From assembly GCA_027069035.1 (NCBI GenBank), contig JALXFI010000331.1, positions 1 through 45,475 of the forward strand: DNA of 45,475 bases, given 5' to 3'. The translations under genes were made by a program, and so were the position numbers. The notes beneath the pieces are model-generated. The model saw only the letters and a program-made list of their open reading frames with translations. It did not search any database and was not told the DNA's origin. Origin of the DNA: a bacterium. Its GTDB lineage: Bacteria; Desulfobacterota; GWC2-55-46; S146-80; JALXFI01. This document shows, in pieces, positions 1-8,311 of the stretch (positions are counted from its first letter, which is position 1; each line of letters starts with the position of its first letter).

Positions 1-1162
1 AACCTATTATAAGCCAGTACAACATGGAAAGGTCATCCACAAACAGGTCATCAAACAGATTCAGGGTAAAAACACCTATCATCATAACAATCATCGAGAC
101 AAATATGGATTCCTCCAACCAGCTTCCACCCTGATGTAAGCCTTTGATATTTAAGTTTAATATCCTCCACTGTATCCAGAGAAATACAATAAGACCCTGG
201 ATTCCCATCTCTATCAAGAGATTAATAAAAAAATTATGCGGATGGGAATATCCATAAGGAACATCTGGAAAAGCAAAACCAAGACTATCTCTGCCAAACC
301 CTATACCATAAAAAGGGTGTTTCCAGAAGTTTCTTAATGTAAATAACCACACCTCCAGCCTGTCCTTATCTTTAGTGGGAAGAAATCCCTTATGAAATGG
401 TAATTTTAGACTGAGCAGCACAATCACCAAAATAAGTAATAAAAATATTATTAAGGATAGTCTCTTCCTTTTAATCAAGAGCAAGGGAGAAATTACTATT
501 TCCATAGATGCAGCTATCCACTGGCCTCTCTTGTCCGTAAGGAACAGTGTGAATAAAGTGATTACAAAGAGCAATAAAAAAAAGTACCTTTTCCAGTCCC
601 TACACAGAAAAAAGGGAATAAAGACAAAAGGAAATACTATAACAAGATATGCAGAGAAGTATTGTGCATCTGTATGTAGAGATTTCATCAGCCCATTCCT
701 TTCAAGGATATGGGCTTTATTTATTACAAAAAAATCCCAGAGACCATAGGTAAGCATAAGAACAAGTCCTGCCAGGATTGCAAGGTATATAATGAGTATT
801 CTATTCCTATTTACAATATTACCCACAACAAGCAAAAACAGTGCAAAGACTTCAAACAGTTCTCCTTTTATCTGATTTATACTGTTTATAAGATTGACGG
901 AGGTAAAAAGAGACAAAATGGCTATCCCTATGTAGATTGCAAATGGAAAATTAAGCTCGGTATTCAGGCGTTTATAATCTCTTGTTATGAAAAGCCTTGT
1001 TACAAATAAAACAATACCTGTAATAAAAAACAGATACCTGAGGGCATTTGTCCGTGCCACAGGAAGGATCAGGATAAGTAGGATTAGAGAAGTTACAATA
1101 GAAGAGTCTAAAAACTTTAAAAATCTTGTTTTTGAGTAATCAAGATTTACACTACTTGTCAT
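1..1162 (-). CDS. O-antigen ligase/polymerase family (Wzy_C-type) polytopic membrane protein; 3' end lies outside the window
   Basis: Absent from the ORF track because it runs off the left edge. My minus-strand translation from the ATG at 1162 stays open to position 1 (MTSSVNLDYSKTRFLKFLDSSIVTSLILLILILPV...). The product is very hydrophobic and contains YSHPHNFFINLLIEMGIQGLIVFL, a Wzy_C-like signature. ATGA start/stop overlap with the upstream GT4 gene. Confidence 0.7.
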   Translation of the reverse strand, partial: MTSSVNLDYSKTRFLKFLDSSIVTSLILLILILPVARTNALRYLFFITGIVLFVTRLFITRDYKRLNTELNFPFAIYIGIAILSLFTSVNLINSINQIKGELFEVFALFLLVVGNIVNRNRILIIYLAILAGLVLMLTYGLWDFFVINKAHILERNGLMKSLHTDAQYFSAYLVIVFPFVFIPFFLCRDWKRYFFLLLFVITLFTLFLTDKRGQWIAASMEIVISPLLLIKRKRLSLIIFLLLILVIVLLSLKLPFHKGFLPTKDKDRLEVWLFTLRNFWKHPFYGIGFGRDSLGFAFPDVPYGYSHPHNFFINLLIEMGIQGLIVFLWIQWRILNLNIKGLHQGGSWLEESIFVSMIVMMIGVFTLNLFDDLFVDDLSMLYWLIIG

Positions 1163-2355
1163 ATATACAATCCCTTATTATTCAAAAGATTGAGATAGAA
1201 GGCATTGAGATTTTTCACAAGTGTCTCTATGCTAAACCCTGGATATACTGCCTTCCTCCCCTCTTCTCCCATAACCTTTCGTAATCTTTCATCTTTAAGA
1301 AGCTGGATGGTTCTATCTGCCAACTGCTCAACATCCCTTGGAGGCACAAGAAATCCTGTTTTCTTATTCTTTACCAGATCCTTTACTCCACCCACTTCAG
1401 TAGCTATTACAGGCTTTCCACTTGCCATAGCTTCTATAAGTGAGACAGGAGTGCCTTCATTTAAAGAAGTCAATACTACTATATCAAGATCAGAATACAC
1501 CTGAGCGAGGTCAAACCTGAAGCCTGTGAATATGACAGAATCTTCAATGCCAACGCTATTTGAATATGCCTCAAGTTCTTTTCTCAATTCCCCATCTCCC
1601 ACAATAACAAACTTTACTCCCTTACTTATAGCAGGTTCTCTTTCAATCACCTTCTTAACAGCGTCTAAGAAGTATCTGTGTCCCTTGATGGGAACCAGCC
1701 TCCCAACCATACCTACGAGCAAACAGTCTTTTACCACACCAATAGACCTCTTGAAATCTCCTTTAGAATCCGTTATACAGGTAAATTTCTCCAATTCAAG
1801 TCCAAGGGGTATCACCTCTATCTTAGCATTAGAGCCAATACCATTCTTTAAGAGTTCATATTTAAGACTATTACTTAAGGTTATAATCTTCGTTGACAAA
1901 AAAGCCATAATCCTCTCTATCTGAATGAAAATAAAAGACCTTAACCTTCCAAAATAACCTTCTAATACATGGCCATGAAAGGTATGAACAATCACTGGCA
2001 CACCTGTTAGCCATGCAGCAAGTCTACCAAGCGTGCCTGCCTTTGCAGTGTGGGTATGAACTATATCAGGTTTTTCCCTTCTAATCAATCTATGGAGTTT
2101 AAAAAAGGCTATCAAATCATTCTTAAGGCTTATCTCCCTCCCAAGCTCAGGTATGACAATCGGTTTAACCCCCTTGGAGTTGGCAAGCCCCATCATGTCA
2201 CCTTCTGTTTTATCTTCAGAACCTTTTAGCAGAATAGTTTTATAACCATGTTTATCAAGCTCATGAGAAAGCAGTATTGTATGGATAGCAGGTCCTCCTA
2301 CATTAAGACGGGCAATTATTCGAAAGATTTTGATCCTTTTTTGCCTTTCCTTCAT
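1159..2355 (-). CDS. Glycosyltransferase, GT4 (GT-B, Glycos_transf_1) family
   Basis: 398 aa. N-terminal RLNVGGPAIH. C-terminal donor-binding block LTSLNEGTPVSLIEAMASGKPVIATEVGGVKDLV. ATG start abuts the asnB-like stop. Confidence 0.85.
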   Translation of the reverse strand: MKERQKRIKIFRIIARLNVGGPAIHTILLSHELDKHGYKTILLKGSEDKTEGDMMGLANSKGVKPIVIPELGREISLKNDLIAFFKLHRLIRREKPDIVHTHTAKAGTLGRLAAWLTGVPVIVHTFHGHVLEGYFGRLRSFIFIQIERIMAFLSTKIITLSNSLKYELLKNGIGSNAKIEVIPLGLELEKFTCITDSKGDFKRSIGVVKDCLLVGMVGRLVPIKGHRYFLDAVKKVIEREPAISKGVKFVIVGDGELRKELEAYSNSVGIEDSVIFTGFRFDLAQVYSDLDIVVLTSLNEGTPVSLIEAMASGKPVIATEVGGVKDLVKNKKTGFLVPPRDVEQLADRTIQLLKDERLRKVMGEEGRKAVYPGFSIETLVKNLNAFYLNLLNNKGLYI

Positions 2356-4254
2356 TCAATCGATGAACTCCCTATGCCAGAGTTCCAGCATAAGTAATGT
2401 CCACAACCTTTGTGAGTGATCTATTCTACCTGAAATATGCTCGGCCAACAATCTTCTAATGCCATCTGACTTGAAATATCCTCTTTCTATTGAACGACGA
2501 CTTAAAAGTGTATCAGACAGATAGTCTTTAAGATCATGCCTGAACCATCTGCAAACAGGGACGCCAAACCCTTTCTTGGGTCTCCTCAAGACTTCCTCTG
2601 GTATGATCTTCTTAAAAGCTTTCTTCAAAATATACTTCTTTATCATGCCTTTAAGCTTGTAATCTACAGGGATCCTTGCAACAAATTCTATAAATTTATG
2701 ATCAAGAAAAGGAGAACGAACTTCTAATGAATTTGCCATAGAGGCAATATCAACTTTTACTAAAAGATCGTATGGAAGATACGAATTAATATCTACTTCC
2801 ATTGTTTTCTCTACCATAGAGCTAGCACTTGTTTTTTTAAACAGAGTCATAAGATAGTCATAGCTATTTATATTCCTCATTTGACTTAACATATTACTGG
2901 AATAAAACTCCTTTTTTTGTTCTTCAGTAAAACACACCATCCATTTTATGTATTCCTGACCATCTGACCACAATGACCCCCGAATAAACCGTTTGAGTCT
3001 TTTAACCCTGCTGACATTCCCATCAGACTCGGGGAAAAAATCCAAAAATACCAGAAGGCTCTTTCGAAAAGAAGATGGAATGGCTTTAAAGTATCTTAAT
3101 ATTTTCTGTGCAAGATATCTATCATAACCCGCAAAATTCTCATCACCTGCATCACCACTCAAGGCAACCGTAACATACTTTCTGGTCATTCTGGAAAGAT
3201 AGTATGTAGGCAAGGCAGAAGAATCGGCATAAGGTTCACCATAATGTTTTACAAGCTTAGGTAGGATATCCAGAGTATCGTATTTTAATATGAACTCATG
3301 ATGGTCAGTGTTAAACTTTTCAGCGATTATCCTTGCATAAGGAAGTTCATTATACAATTCTTCCTCAAAGCCAATAGAAAATGTTTTTGCAGGTTTATCC
3401 ATCAAGTCGCTCATTAAAGCAACAACAATACTCGAATCAACCCCCCCACTCAAAAAAGCCCCTAATGGCACCTCTGAAATCAATCTCGATTTAACCGTTT
3501 CTTTTAATATGTCTATTAATTCCTCAATAATTTCCTCCTCATCTTTAACACTTAATTTTTCACTGTAACCGATTCTCCAATACCTTTTAATATCTATATT
3601 TCCATTCCCCAGGATCAAGTAGTGTGCTGGTGGTAGTTTGTAAATGGACTTAAAGGCTGTCTTGGGTGCAGGGATGTATTGATAACTTAGATAATAGTGT
3701 ATTGCCTCATAATCCACCTCCCTTAAAACGGATTTATCTTCCATGATTGCCTGCATCTCCGAAGCAAAAACAAGTCTCTTTTTATCCCAATAATAAAAAA
3801 GGGGCTTTTGTCCCAATCTATCTCTTGCCAAAAACAGCTTTTTTCTTTTTTCATCCCATATAGCAAATGCAAACATTCCTGAAAACCTGGAAAGACACCC
3901 CTCCCCCCATTCCTCATAAGCATGAATAACAACCTCCGTATCCGATGAGCTTTTGAAAACATGCCCTCTCGTTTCGAGTATAGCCCGAATCTCTTTAAAG
4001 TTATAAACCTCTCCATTATAAGTTATCCATATTGAACCATCCTCATTGGACATCGGCTGATGGCCATTGGGGGAAAGGTCAATGATAGAAAGCCTTCTGT
4101 GACAAAGTCCAACATGATTGTCCTTACTTATCCATATGCCACTGTCATCAGGGCCTCGATGACTCAGTATATCTGCCATATTTACAGCCAGAGCCCGAAG
4201 TTCATCTCCTGCCATCTGTCCAGACAGATCAACTAAGCCAGCAAAACCGCACAT
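2356..4254 (-). CDS. Asparagine synthase B-family glutamine amidotransferase (glycan-associated paralogue 1)
   Basis: 632 aa. Starts MCGFAG (Ntn Cys nucleophile directly after Met). HRGPDDSG and RLSIIDL GATase-II blocks. PP-loop SGGVDSS. Confidence 0.9.
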   Translation of the reverse strand: MCGFAGLVDLSGQMAGDELRALAVNMADILSHRGPDDSGIWISKDNHVGLCHRRLSIIDLSPNGHQPMSNEDGSIWITYNGEVYNFKEIRAILETRGHVFKSSSDTEVVIHAYEEWGEGCLSRFSGMFAFAIWDEKRKKLFLARDRLGQKPLFYYWDKKRLVFASEMQAIMEDKSVLREVDYEAIHYYLSYQYIPAPKTAFKSIYKLPPAHYLILGNGNIDIKRYWRIGYSEKLSVKDEEEIIEELIDILKETVKSRLISEVPLGAFLSGGVDSSIVVALMSDLMDKPAKTFSIGFEEELYNELPYARIIAEKFNTDHHEFILKYDTLDILPKLVKHYGEPYADSSALPTYYLSRMTRKYVTVALSGDAGDENFAGYDRYLAQKILRYFKAIPSSFRKSLLVFLDFFPESDGNVSRVKRLKRFIRGSLWSDGQEYIKWMVCFTEEQKKEFYSSNMLSQMRNINSYDYLMTLFKKTSASSMVEKTMEVDINSYLPYDLLVKVDIASMANSLEVRSPFLDHKFIEFVARIPVDYKLKGMIKKYILKKAFKKIIPEEVLRRPKKGFGVPVCRWFRHDLKDYLSDTLLSRRSIERGYFKSDGIRRLLAEHISGRIDHSQRLWTLLMLELWHREFID

Positions 4255-4437
4255 TTTTGTATTAACAACCTTCCTTATAACTTATAAAGATTATAAAAAT
4301 ACGCCAGAAACCTCACCTTTTCGAGTGGTGTTCCTGGCAGTCTTCTTACGTGAATAAATACTCTTTCAAACGGCTTGCTATGGCGTAACACCATAGGAAA
4401 TCACGCCGCGACACAACTATAATGCACCCTCAATTTT
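4255..4437 (-). promoter_or_regulatory. 183-bp intergenic spacer with two mutually exclusive short hairpins and a TATAAT box; possible internal promoter or processing site
   Basis: Inverted repeats CTATGG (4378-4383) / CCATAG (4391-4396) and GGCGT (4382-4386) / ACGCC (4403-4407) share two bases. The minus-strand reading contains TTTTTATAAT upstream of the asnB-like start. Locally more GC-rich than the flanks. Confidence 0.2.
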
Positions 4438-5265
4438 TTAACCATTAAGGAACTTCACCATCAACCTCTTTAAAAATTTAATCTGTGAAAAACAAAGCCC
4501 CATTATCAAAAATAACTTATCGATTGAATTATAATTATCGGCCCTCAACATCTTTAGAAAACTCAAACTTTGTCCCATCTGCATCTTCCAAAGATTAGCA
4601 CTCAATGAATCAGTCCCACCTAAGTAGTCATGTTTAAATGTAAATGTCAAAGGGAAATCAATTTTAATTGCAGGATAGTCTTTAACTATTCTTTTCCACA
4701 GATTATATTCCTCACAATATTTTATATCTTCATCAAATGAGTAGTGCTCTTTTAAACTCTTATGAATAACAACACTTGGTGTTGAAAATGGAGATTTAAA
4801 TAATATACCAGGCCATCTTATATAGTGGAATTTTATATCTTCAATATTGACTTCCATATTGTGATAATATTCCAATTCTTTTTCTGTAATTATCTTATGC
4901 ATTGTTCCACTAATCAACGACTTAGTTCTTCTCATCAACTCTATTTGAATATCTAACTTTTTTCTATGCCATGCATCGTCACTATCAAGAAAGGCAATAT
5001 ATTCTCCCTTGGCTATCGTAATCCCTCTATTCCTTGTATATGATTGTCCTTTATTATTTTTATTTCTTAAGAGCATAACATTGTCAGGCTGTTTTTCTTC
5101 AATCTTTTTTTCTAATATTCTATATGTCTTGTCTGTACTACAGTCATCGATAAGAATAATTTCTGTCCTGTTTTTATTTATTATGTATTCTTCTAATGTA
5201 AAAAATAACCGTGAAATAACACTCTCATCATTATATAAAGGTATAATTATCGAAACTTCCGGCAT
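4438..5265 (-). CDS. Glycosyltransferase family 2
   Basis: 275 aa. VSIIIPLYNDES, IDDCSTDKT, FLDSDDAW (DxD). Confidence 0.85.
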   Translation of the reverse strand: MPEVSIIIPLYNDESVISRLFFTLEEYIINKNRTEIILIDDCSTDKTYRILEKKIEEKQPDNVMLLRNKNNKGQSYTRNRGITIAKGEYIAFLDSDDAWHRKKLDIQIELMRRTKSLISGTMHKIITEKELEYYHNMEVNIEDIKFHYIRWPGILFKSPFSTPSVVIHKSLKEHYSFDEDIKYCEEYNLWKRIVKDYPAIKIDFPLTFTFKHDYLGGTDSLSANLWKMQMGQSLSFLKMLRADNYNSIDKLFLIMGLCFSQIKFLKRLMVKFLNG

Positions 5266-5278
5266 TGTCCGCTCTCAC

Positions 5279-5332
5279 CTATCTATCAAGATATTTCTTT
5301 TTAACATCGGCGTAAAAACAATTTGGGGCCAT
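5279..5332 (-). CDS. Candidate leader mini-ORF 2 (17 codons: MAPNCFYADVKKKYLDR)
   Basis: ATG at 5332 with GAGGAGG 3 nt upstream. Its TAG stop overlaps the GGTGAG SD-like element of the downstream GT2 gene. No homology evidence. Confidence 0.15.
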   Translation of the reverse strand: MAPNCFYADVKKKYLDR

Positions 5333-5333
5333 T

Positions 5334-5394
5334 TACCTCCTCAAAGGTCTTTTTTGCTAACTTGTAATCAAATAAGAATAGTTACAAGGAGGTA
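5334..5394 (-). repeat. Perfect 8-bp inverted repeat TACCTCCT (5334-5341) / AGGAGGTA (5387-5394) enclosing a 7-bp inverted repeat CTTGTAA (5361-5367) / TTACAAG (5382-5388)
   Basis: Read base by base from the sequence. The outer arms correspond to the SD of mini-ORF 2 and an anti-SD-like sequence. Confidence 0.6.
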
Positions 5395-5435
5395 GAAGTG
5401 GTGTAGTTTAATGCCGTGACACTGACATTAAGCAT
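5382..5435 (-). CDS. Candidate leader mini-ORF 1 (17 codons: MLNVSVTALNYTTSTSL)
   Basis: ATG at 5435 with GAGGAGG 4 nt upstream. Same 54-nt length as mini-ORF 2. Thr/Ser-rich C-terminus. No homology evidence. Confidence 0.15.
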   Translation of the reverse strand: MLNVSVTALNYTTSTSL

Positions 5436-5470
5436 AAATCCTCCTCATCTTAGAACCCTTCATTTTTGGC

Positions 5471-6262
5471 TTAGTTGGCTTGTTTTTGAACCCATTTATA
5501 CCAGTCCCATATTCCCTTTAACTTCTGCTTGAATATCCTCTCCGAATCATTTGCAAGTATTACGGTACGGTTTAAAAGTAAAGGATCTTTAAGACGGTTA
5601 TTTATACCAAAACAACTTGTAACACCAATCTTATACCCAGCTCTTTCTACTGCATTTCTGACCCTTAGATCTACTGCACCATGAGGATAGGAGATGATAT
5701 TTATTTCTTTCCCAGTAATATCTTCTAAATATTTCTTACTTGACTCCAATTCCTCTTTTAGAAGATCATCACTCAGCCTTGTCAGAGGGATATGGGTCAC
5801 ACCGTGCGAACCAATCATCACCAAAGGCAGTTTGGATAACTCATAGAGTTCCCCTCTATTTAAGTAATCTTTACCTCCCTTCTTAACAAAATCAGATACC
5901 ACAAATACTGTAAAAGGAATATTAAGTTCTTCCATTATGGGTGCGACAGCATATAAATTGTCTCTATACCCATCATCGAATGAAACTCCTATAGTTAAAC
6001 ATTGAGAGCCCAGAGTCTGCTTACCATTTATAATATCTGTTAAGGACAACTTTTTACTTTCGACCAATGTCTCCATGTGTCTTCTAAAAAGATCTGAAGA
6101 AACTGTAAAAATACCTCCTTTGTCATCCTTCACCCCTGGGCTCACAGAATGATATAATAGAATTCTCAATCCAGAACGAGGACCTAAAAAGATATTAAAT
6201 AAAGCCAAACACTCAGATATTAATATCTGAATAATTCTCTTCCAGCCTATGATATACCACAT
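5471..6262 (-). CDS. Polysaccharide deacetylase (NodB/CE4 family)
   Basis: 263 aa. ILLYHSV, VSFDDGYRDN (Asp pair), GSHGVTH (His motif). Hydrophobic N-terminus. Confidence 0.8.
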   Translation of the reverse strand: MWYIIGWKRIIQILISECLALFNIFLGPRSGLRILLYHSVSPGVKDDKGGIFTVSSDLFRRHMETLVESKKLSLTDIINGKQTLGSQCLTIGVSFDDGYRDNLYAVAPIMEELNIPFTVFVVSDFVKKGGKDYLNRGELYELSKLPLVMIGSHGVTHIPLTRLSDDLLKEELESSKKYLEDITGKEINIISYPHGAVDLRVRNAVERAGYKIGVTSCFGINNRLKDPLLLNRTVILANDSERIFKQKLKGIWDWYKWVQKQAN

Positions 6263-7248
6263 CGATATTTAATGGCAAGATTTACAACATAACGCAATAT
6301 GCGCGGTGTAACAAATTCCCATTCGCCTAACCTTCGAACCTTTAAAGCACCTACTCCCTTCTTAAAATTATAAACTCCAGGGTTATTACAAGGGTCTACT
6401 CCACCCATGTCATATAACTTAACTTCCTTATCTTTACATGCCCTTAATAAAGTCCATAATAACTTATGAGAAGCGTATAATTTCCTTGCGTGTATATTTG
6501 TGGCAGCAAAGAAATCCCAAGCTTTGTTGTTATATATGATTGCCCCTCTAAATGCAATCAAATCACCAGTTTTTCTATCGTTACACCGATACATAAGTAT
6601 TTTGTCACCAAATTTTTCAAATAACTTCAACAATTCTTCCTTAGAGTACTGAGTTTGGATAGATTTAAAATTTTCCATGGAACGATAAATATTAAGCATT
6701 TCATCAATATCTATATCTACCCAGGGTTCTATATTGAGCAAATCTTTTTTAAATCTTTTCAAATTGTGTCTCCAATTCTTTGAAAAACTTCTTATAAGCT
6801 CTTCCTCCGGTCTTGTTAAATCTAAAATCATTGTAAGATCAGTATTTATACTATAGACAGGTCGCTGCCATCCATTCTTTATTAGAGTTAAATCATAATA
6901 TTCGTTGGAATTAGAATAAGAGTCAAAACGAAAATACAAGTACCTTTTCTTAATGGCATCAACACATGCTATTATTAAGGTTTTACCAAAAGATGAAACG
7001 TCTCCCAAAGGACCTCCAGGACACCACATTATACCACCAAGAGGAAAGTGATGATACAAACATTGTGCCATAGCAATAACTTCATTTTGTGCATTATAAG
7101 CTGCAAAACGATATGGTACCCATCCAAAATAACGTTTATATTCACCCCAATTAAAACTTTGATAAATATTAAAATCACAAAACTTTGATAAGTTCTTATC
7201 CCATGTCTCCAAGGCAATGTAATCTGGAATTAAAGTCCAATTCACCAT
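6247..7248 (-). CDS. FemAB-like / Acetyltransf_6 GNAT-fold transferase (possible aminoacyl or acyl transfer to a glycan)
   Basis: Blocks FSKNWRHNLKRFKK and DLIAFRGAIIYNNKAWDFFAATN resemble the FemAB/BioF2-like acetyltransferase family. The ORF-track start at 7263 is a TTG; I prefer the ATG at 7248 (MVNWTL...), which gives an ATGGTGA overlap with the upstream stop. Confidence 0.6.
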   Translation of the reverse strand: MVNWTLIPDYIALETWDKNLSKFCDFNIYQSFNWGEYKRYFGWVPYRFAAYNAQNEVIAMAQCLYHHFPLGGIMWCPGGPLGDVSSFGKTLIIACVDAIKKRYLYFRFDSYSNSNEYYDLTLIKNGWQRPVYSINTDLTMILDLTRPEEELIRSFSKNWRHNLKRFKKDLLNIEPWVDIDIDEMLNIYRSMENFKSIQTQYSKEELLKLFEKFGDKILMYRCNDRKTGDLIAFRGAIIYNNKAWDFFAATNIHARKLYASHKLLWTLLRACKDKEVKLYDMGGVDPCNNPGVYNFKKGVGALKVRRLGEWEFVTPRILRYVVNLAIKYRCGIS

Positions 7249-8309
7249 AAAAATCGTACACAATATACTCTATTATAATGGGCAGGGATATTACTCTTAA
7301 TTTGGGTGGGTAAATCTGGCCATTTAAAGCACTCCAACCCATAATAATTTAGTTTTTTCTTTATGTCTATTATTTTATCTTCAGAGGCATAAAAGGGGAA
7401 TGTATATGGCACACAATTTTTAGGTAATCGAATAAAGATGGGGGTTCCCTGTAAATCAACAATCTTTTTCCCAAGCCATTTGTAGAGTTCGTTGCGACGA
7501 TTCATCTCTTCTGGAATATCTATTGAGTGCAAGCGTGCCAATAAGTCGAATGAAGGTAAAGAAAATGAAGGAAGCAGTCTCTCAGAACCAGATTGAGATA
7601 AAAGCAAAGCAGAAGCTCTAAAGATGTTCTTCATCAATCTTGCCGAAAAAATTAGAATCTTTATGCCATGAATTCCTATTATTGGTAAGAGTCTCCTAAC
7701 AAGTTCTTTGCAGTTAAAATACAACGATCTGTATCTTCTGAATTCGATCTGGGGCGGAAGTGACGGCAAAAGCCTTTCATCATTAATTACAAGGGCTGCC
7801 CCATTCAATAGAGGGAGAGTCTTCCTAAAACTGAAAATCCCCATATCGCCTCTTAAGCCTAAAAGAGTTCCTCCTTCATCCCGGCTAAATAGTCCATGGG
7901 CATTATCCTCAATTAACACTGCTCCTGTTTGCTTACAATATTCAACAAATGGCCTTAGACTCTGTGGAAACCCAAAATAATTAACAGCTATCACCGCCTT
8001 ACACTTTGGGAAATTTGTTAAATCCTCTCGAGGTTTCAATTTTTTATCTACACTATAGAATATCGCTTTAGCTCCTGTGGAACTAATAGGAGAAAGTACC
8101 TCTTTACAGATAAATGATGGCAAGAGAATCTTATCCCCTTTTTTAACTCCAATGCATTTAAGTCCAGACAATAAAGCATAACGTGCATAACTAAAGTATC
8201 TGATATTATTATGTCCAACTAAATCGGCAAATTGCCAATGTTTCTTTTTTGAATTTAGCGGAGGCAAATAAACCTGCTTTATGCGATTATAATAATCAAT
8301 CCCAGCCAT
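7242..8309 (-). CDS. DegT/DnrJ/EryC1/StrS-family PLP-dependent sugar aminotransferase-like protein
   Basis: 355 aa. ILLPSFICKEV, AVIAVNYFGFP, LIEDNAHGL, IFSFRKTLP (Lys at the expected Schiff-base position). Confidence 0.7.
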   Translation of the reverse strand: MAGIDYYNRIKQVYLPPLNSKKKHWQFADLVGHNNIRYFSYARYALLSGLKCIGVKKGDKILLPSFICKEVLSPISSTGAKAIFYSVDKKLKPREDLTNFPKCKAVIAVNYFGFPQSLRPFVEYCKQTGAVLIEDNAHGLFSRDEGGTLLGLRGDMGIFSFRKTLPLLNGAALVINDERLLPSLPPQIEFRRYRSLYFNCKELVRRLLPIIGIHGIKILIFSARLMKNIFRASALLLSQSGSERLLPSFSLPSFDLLARLHSIDIPEEMNRRNELYKWLGKKIVDLQGTPIFIRLPKNCVPYTFPFYASEDKIIDIKKKLNYYGLECFKWPDLPTQIKSNIPAHYNRVYCVRFLW

Positions 8310-8311
8310 AC

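Larger units (their letters stand above)
5266..5470 (-). promoter_or_regulatory. 205-bp intergenic leader containing two SD-preceded 17-codon mini-ORFs and SD/anti-SD-like pairing potential
   Basis: My reverse complement shows GAGGAGG-ATTT-ATG (mini-ORF 1) and GAGGAGG-TAA-ATG (mini-ORF 2). The mRNA-sense UACCUCCU inside the end of mini-ORF 1 is complementary to the AGGAGGUA that forms the SD of mini-ORF 2. Confidence 0.3.

Noticed and set aside
531-1009. Plus-strand ORFs 531-749 and 710-1009 from the ORF track
   Set aside because: They lie antisense to a long open minus-strand frame with a clear Wzy_C signature. The products are lysine-rich and low-complexity, the first has a TTG start, and neither has an SD. 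Most likely these are shadow ORFs typical of AT-rich DNA.
3441-3447. Homopolymeric tracts as phase-variation switches: C7 at 3441-3447 in the asnB-like gene, C5-A-C7 at 34326-34338 in wzx, and A9 at 13394-13402 in rfbG
   Set aside because: The G/C tracts encode conserved glycine motifs (SGGVDSS; LGGVGAA). At 7 nt they are at or below the length usually associated with slipped-strand switching, and all three genes are in frame.
3723-4016. Nested minus-strand ORFs in alternative frames (3723-4016, 7029-7217, 8437-8622, 20351-20533)
   Set aside because: They are out of frame and lie inside well-supported genes (asnB-like, femAB-like, DUF218, Gfo/Idh/MocA). They have no motifs and no SD.
4275-4394. 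39-codon minus-strand ORF (MVLRHSKPFERVFIHVRRLPGTPLEKVRFLAYFYNLYKL) in the 4255-4437 spacer
   Set aside because: It has no SD upstream of its ATG. The start lies inside the hairpin-forming repeat, and the composition looks like translated non-coding DNA.
5428-5463. 11-codon ORF (MKGSKMRRIYA) right after the deacetylase stop
   Set aside because: It has no SD, and its sequence is simply the SD region of mini-ORF 1 read in another frame.
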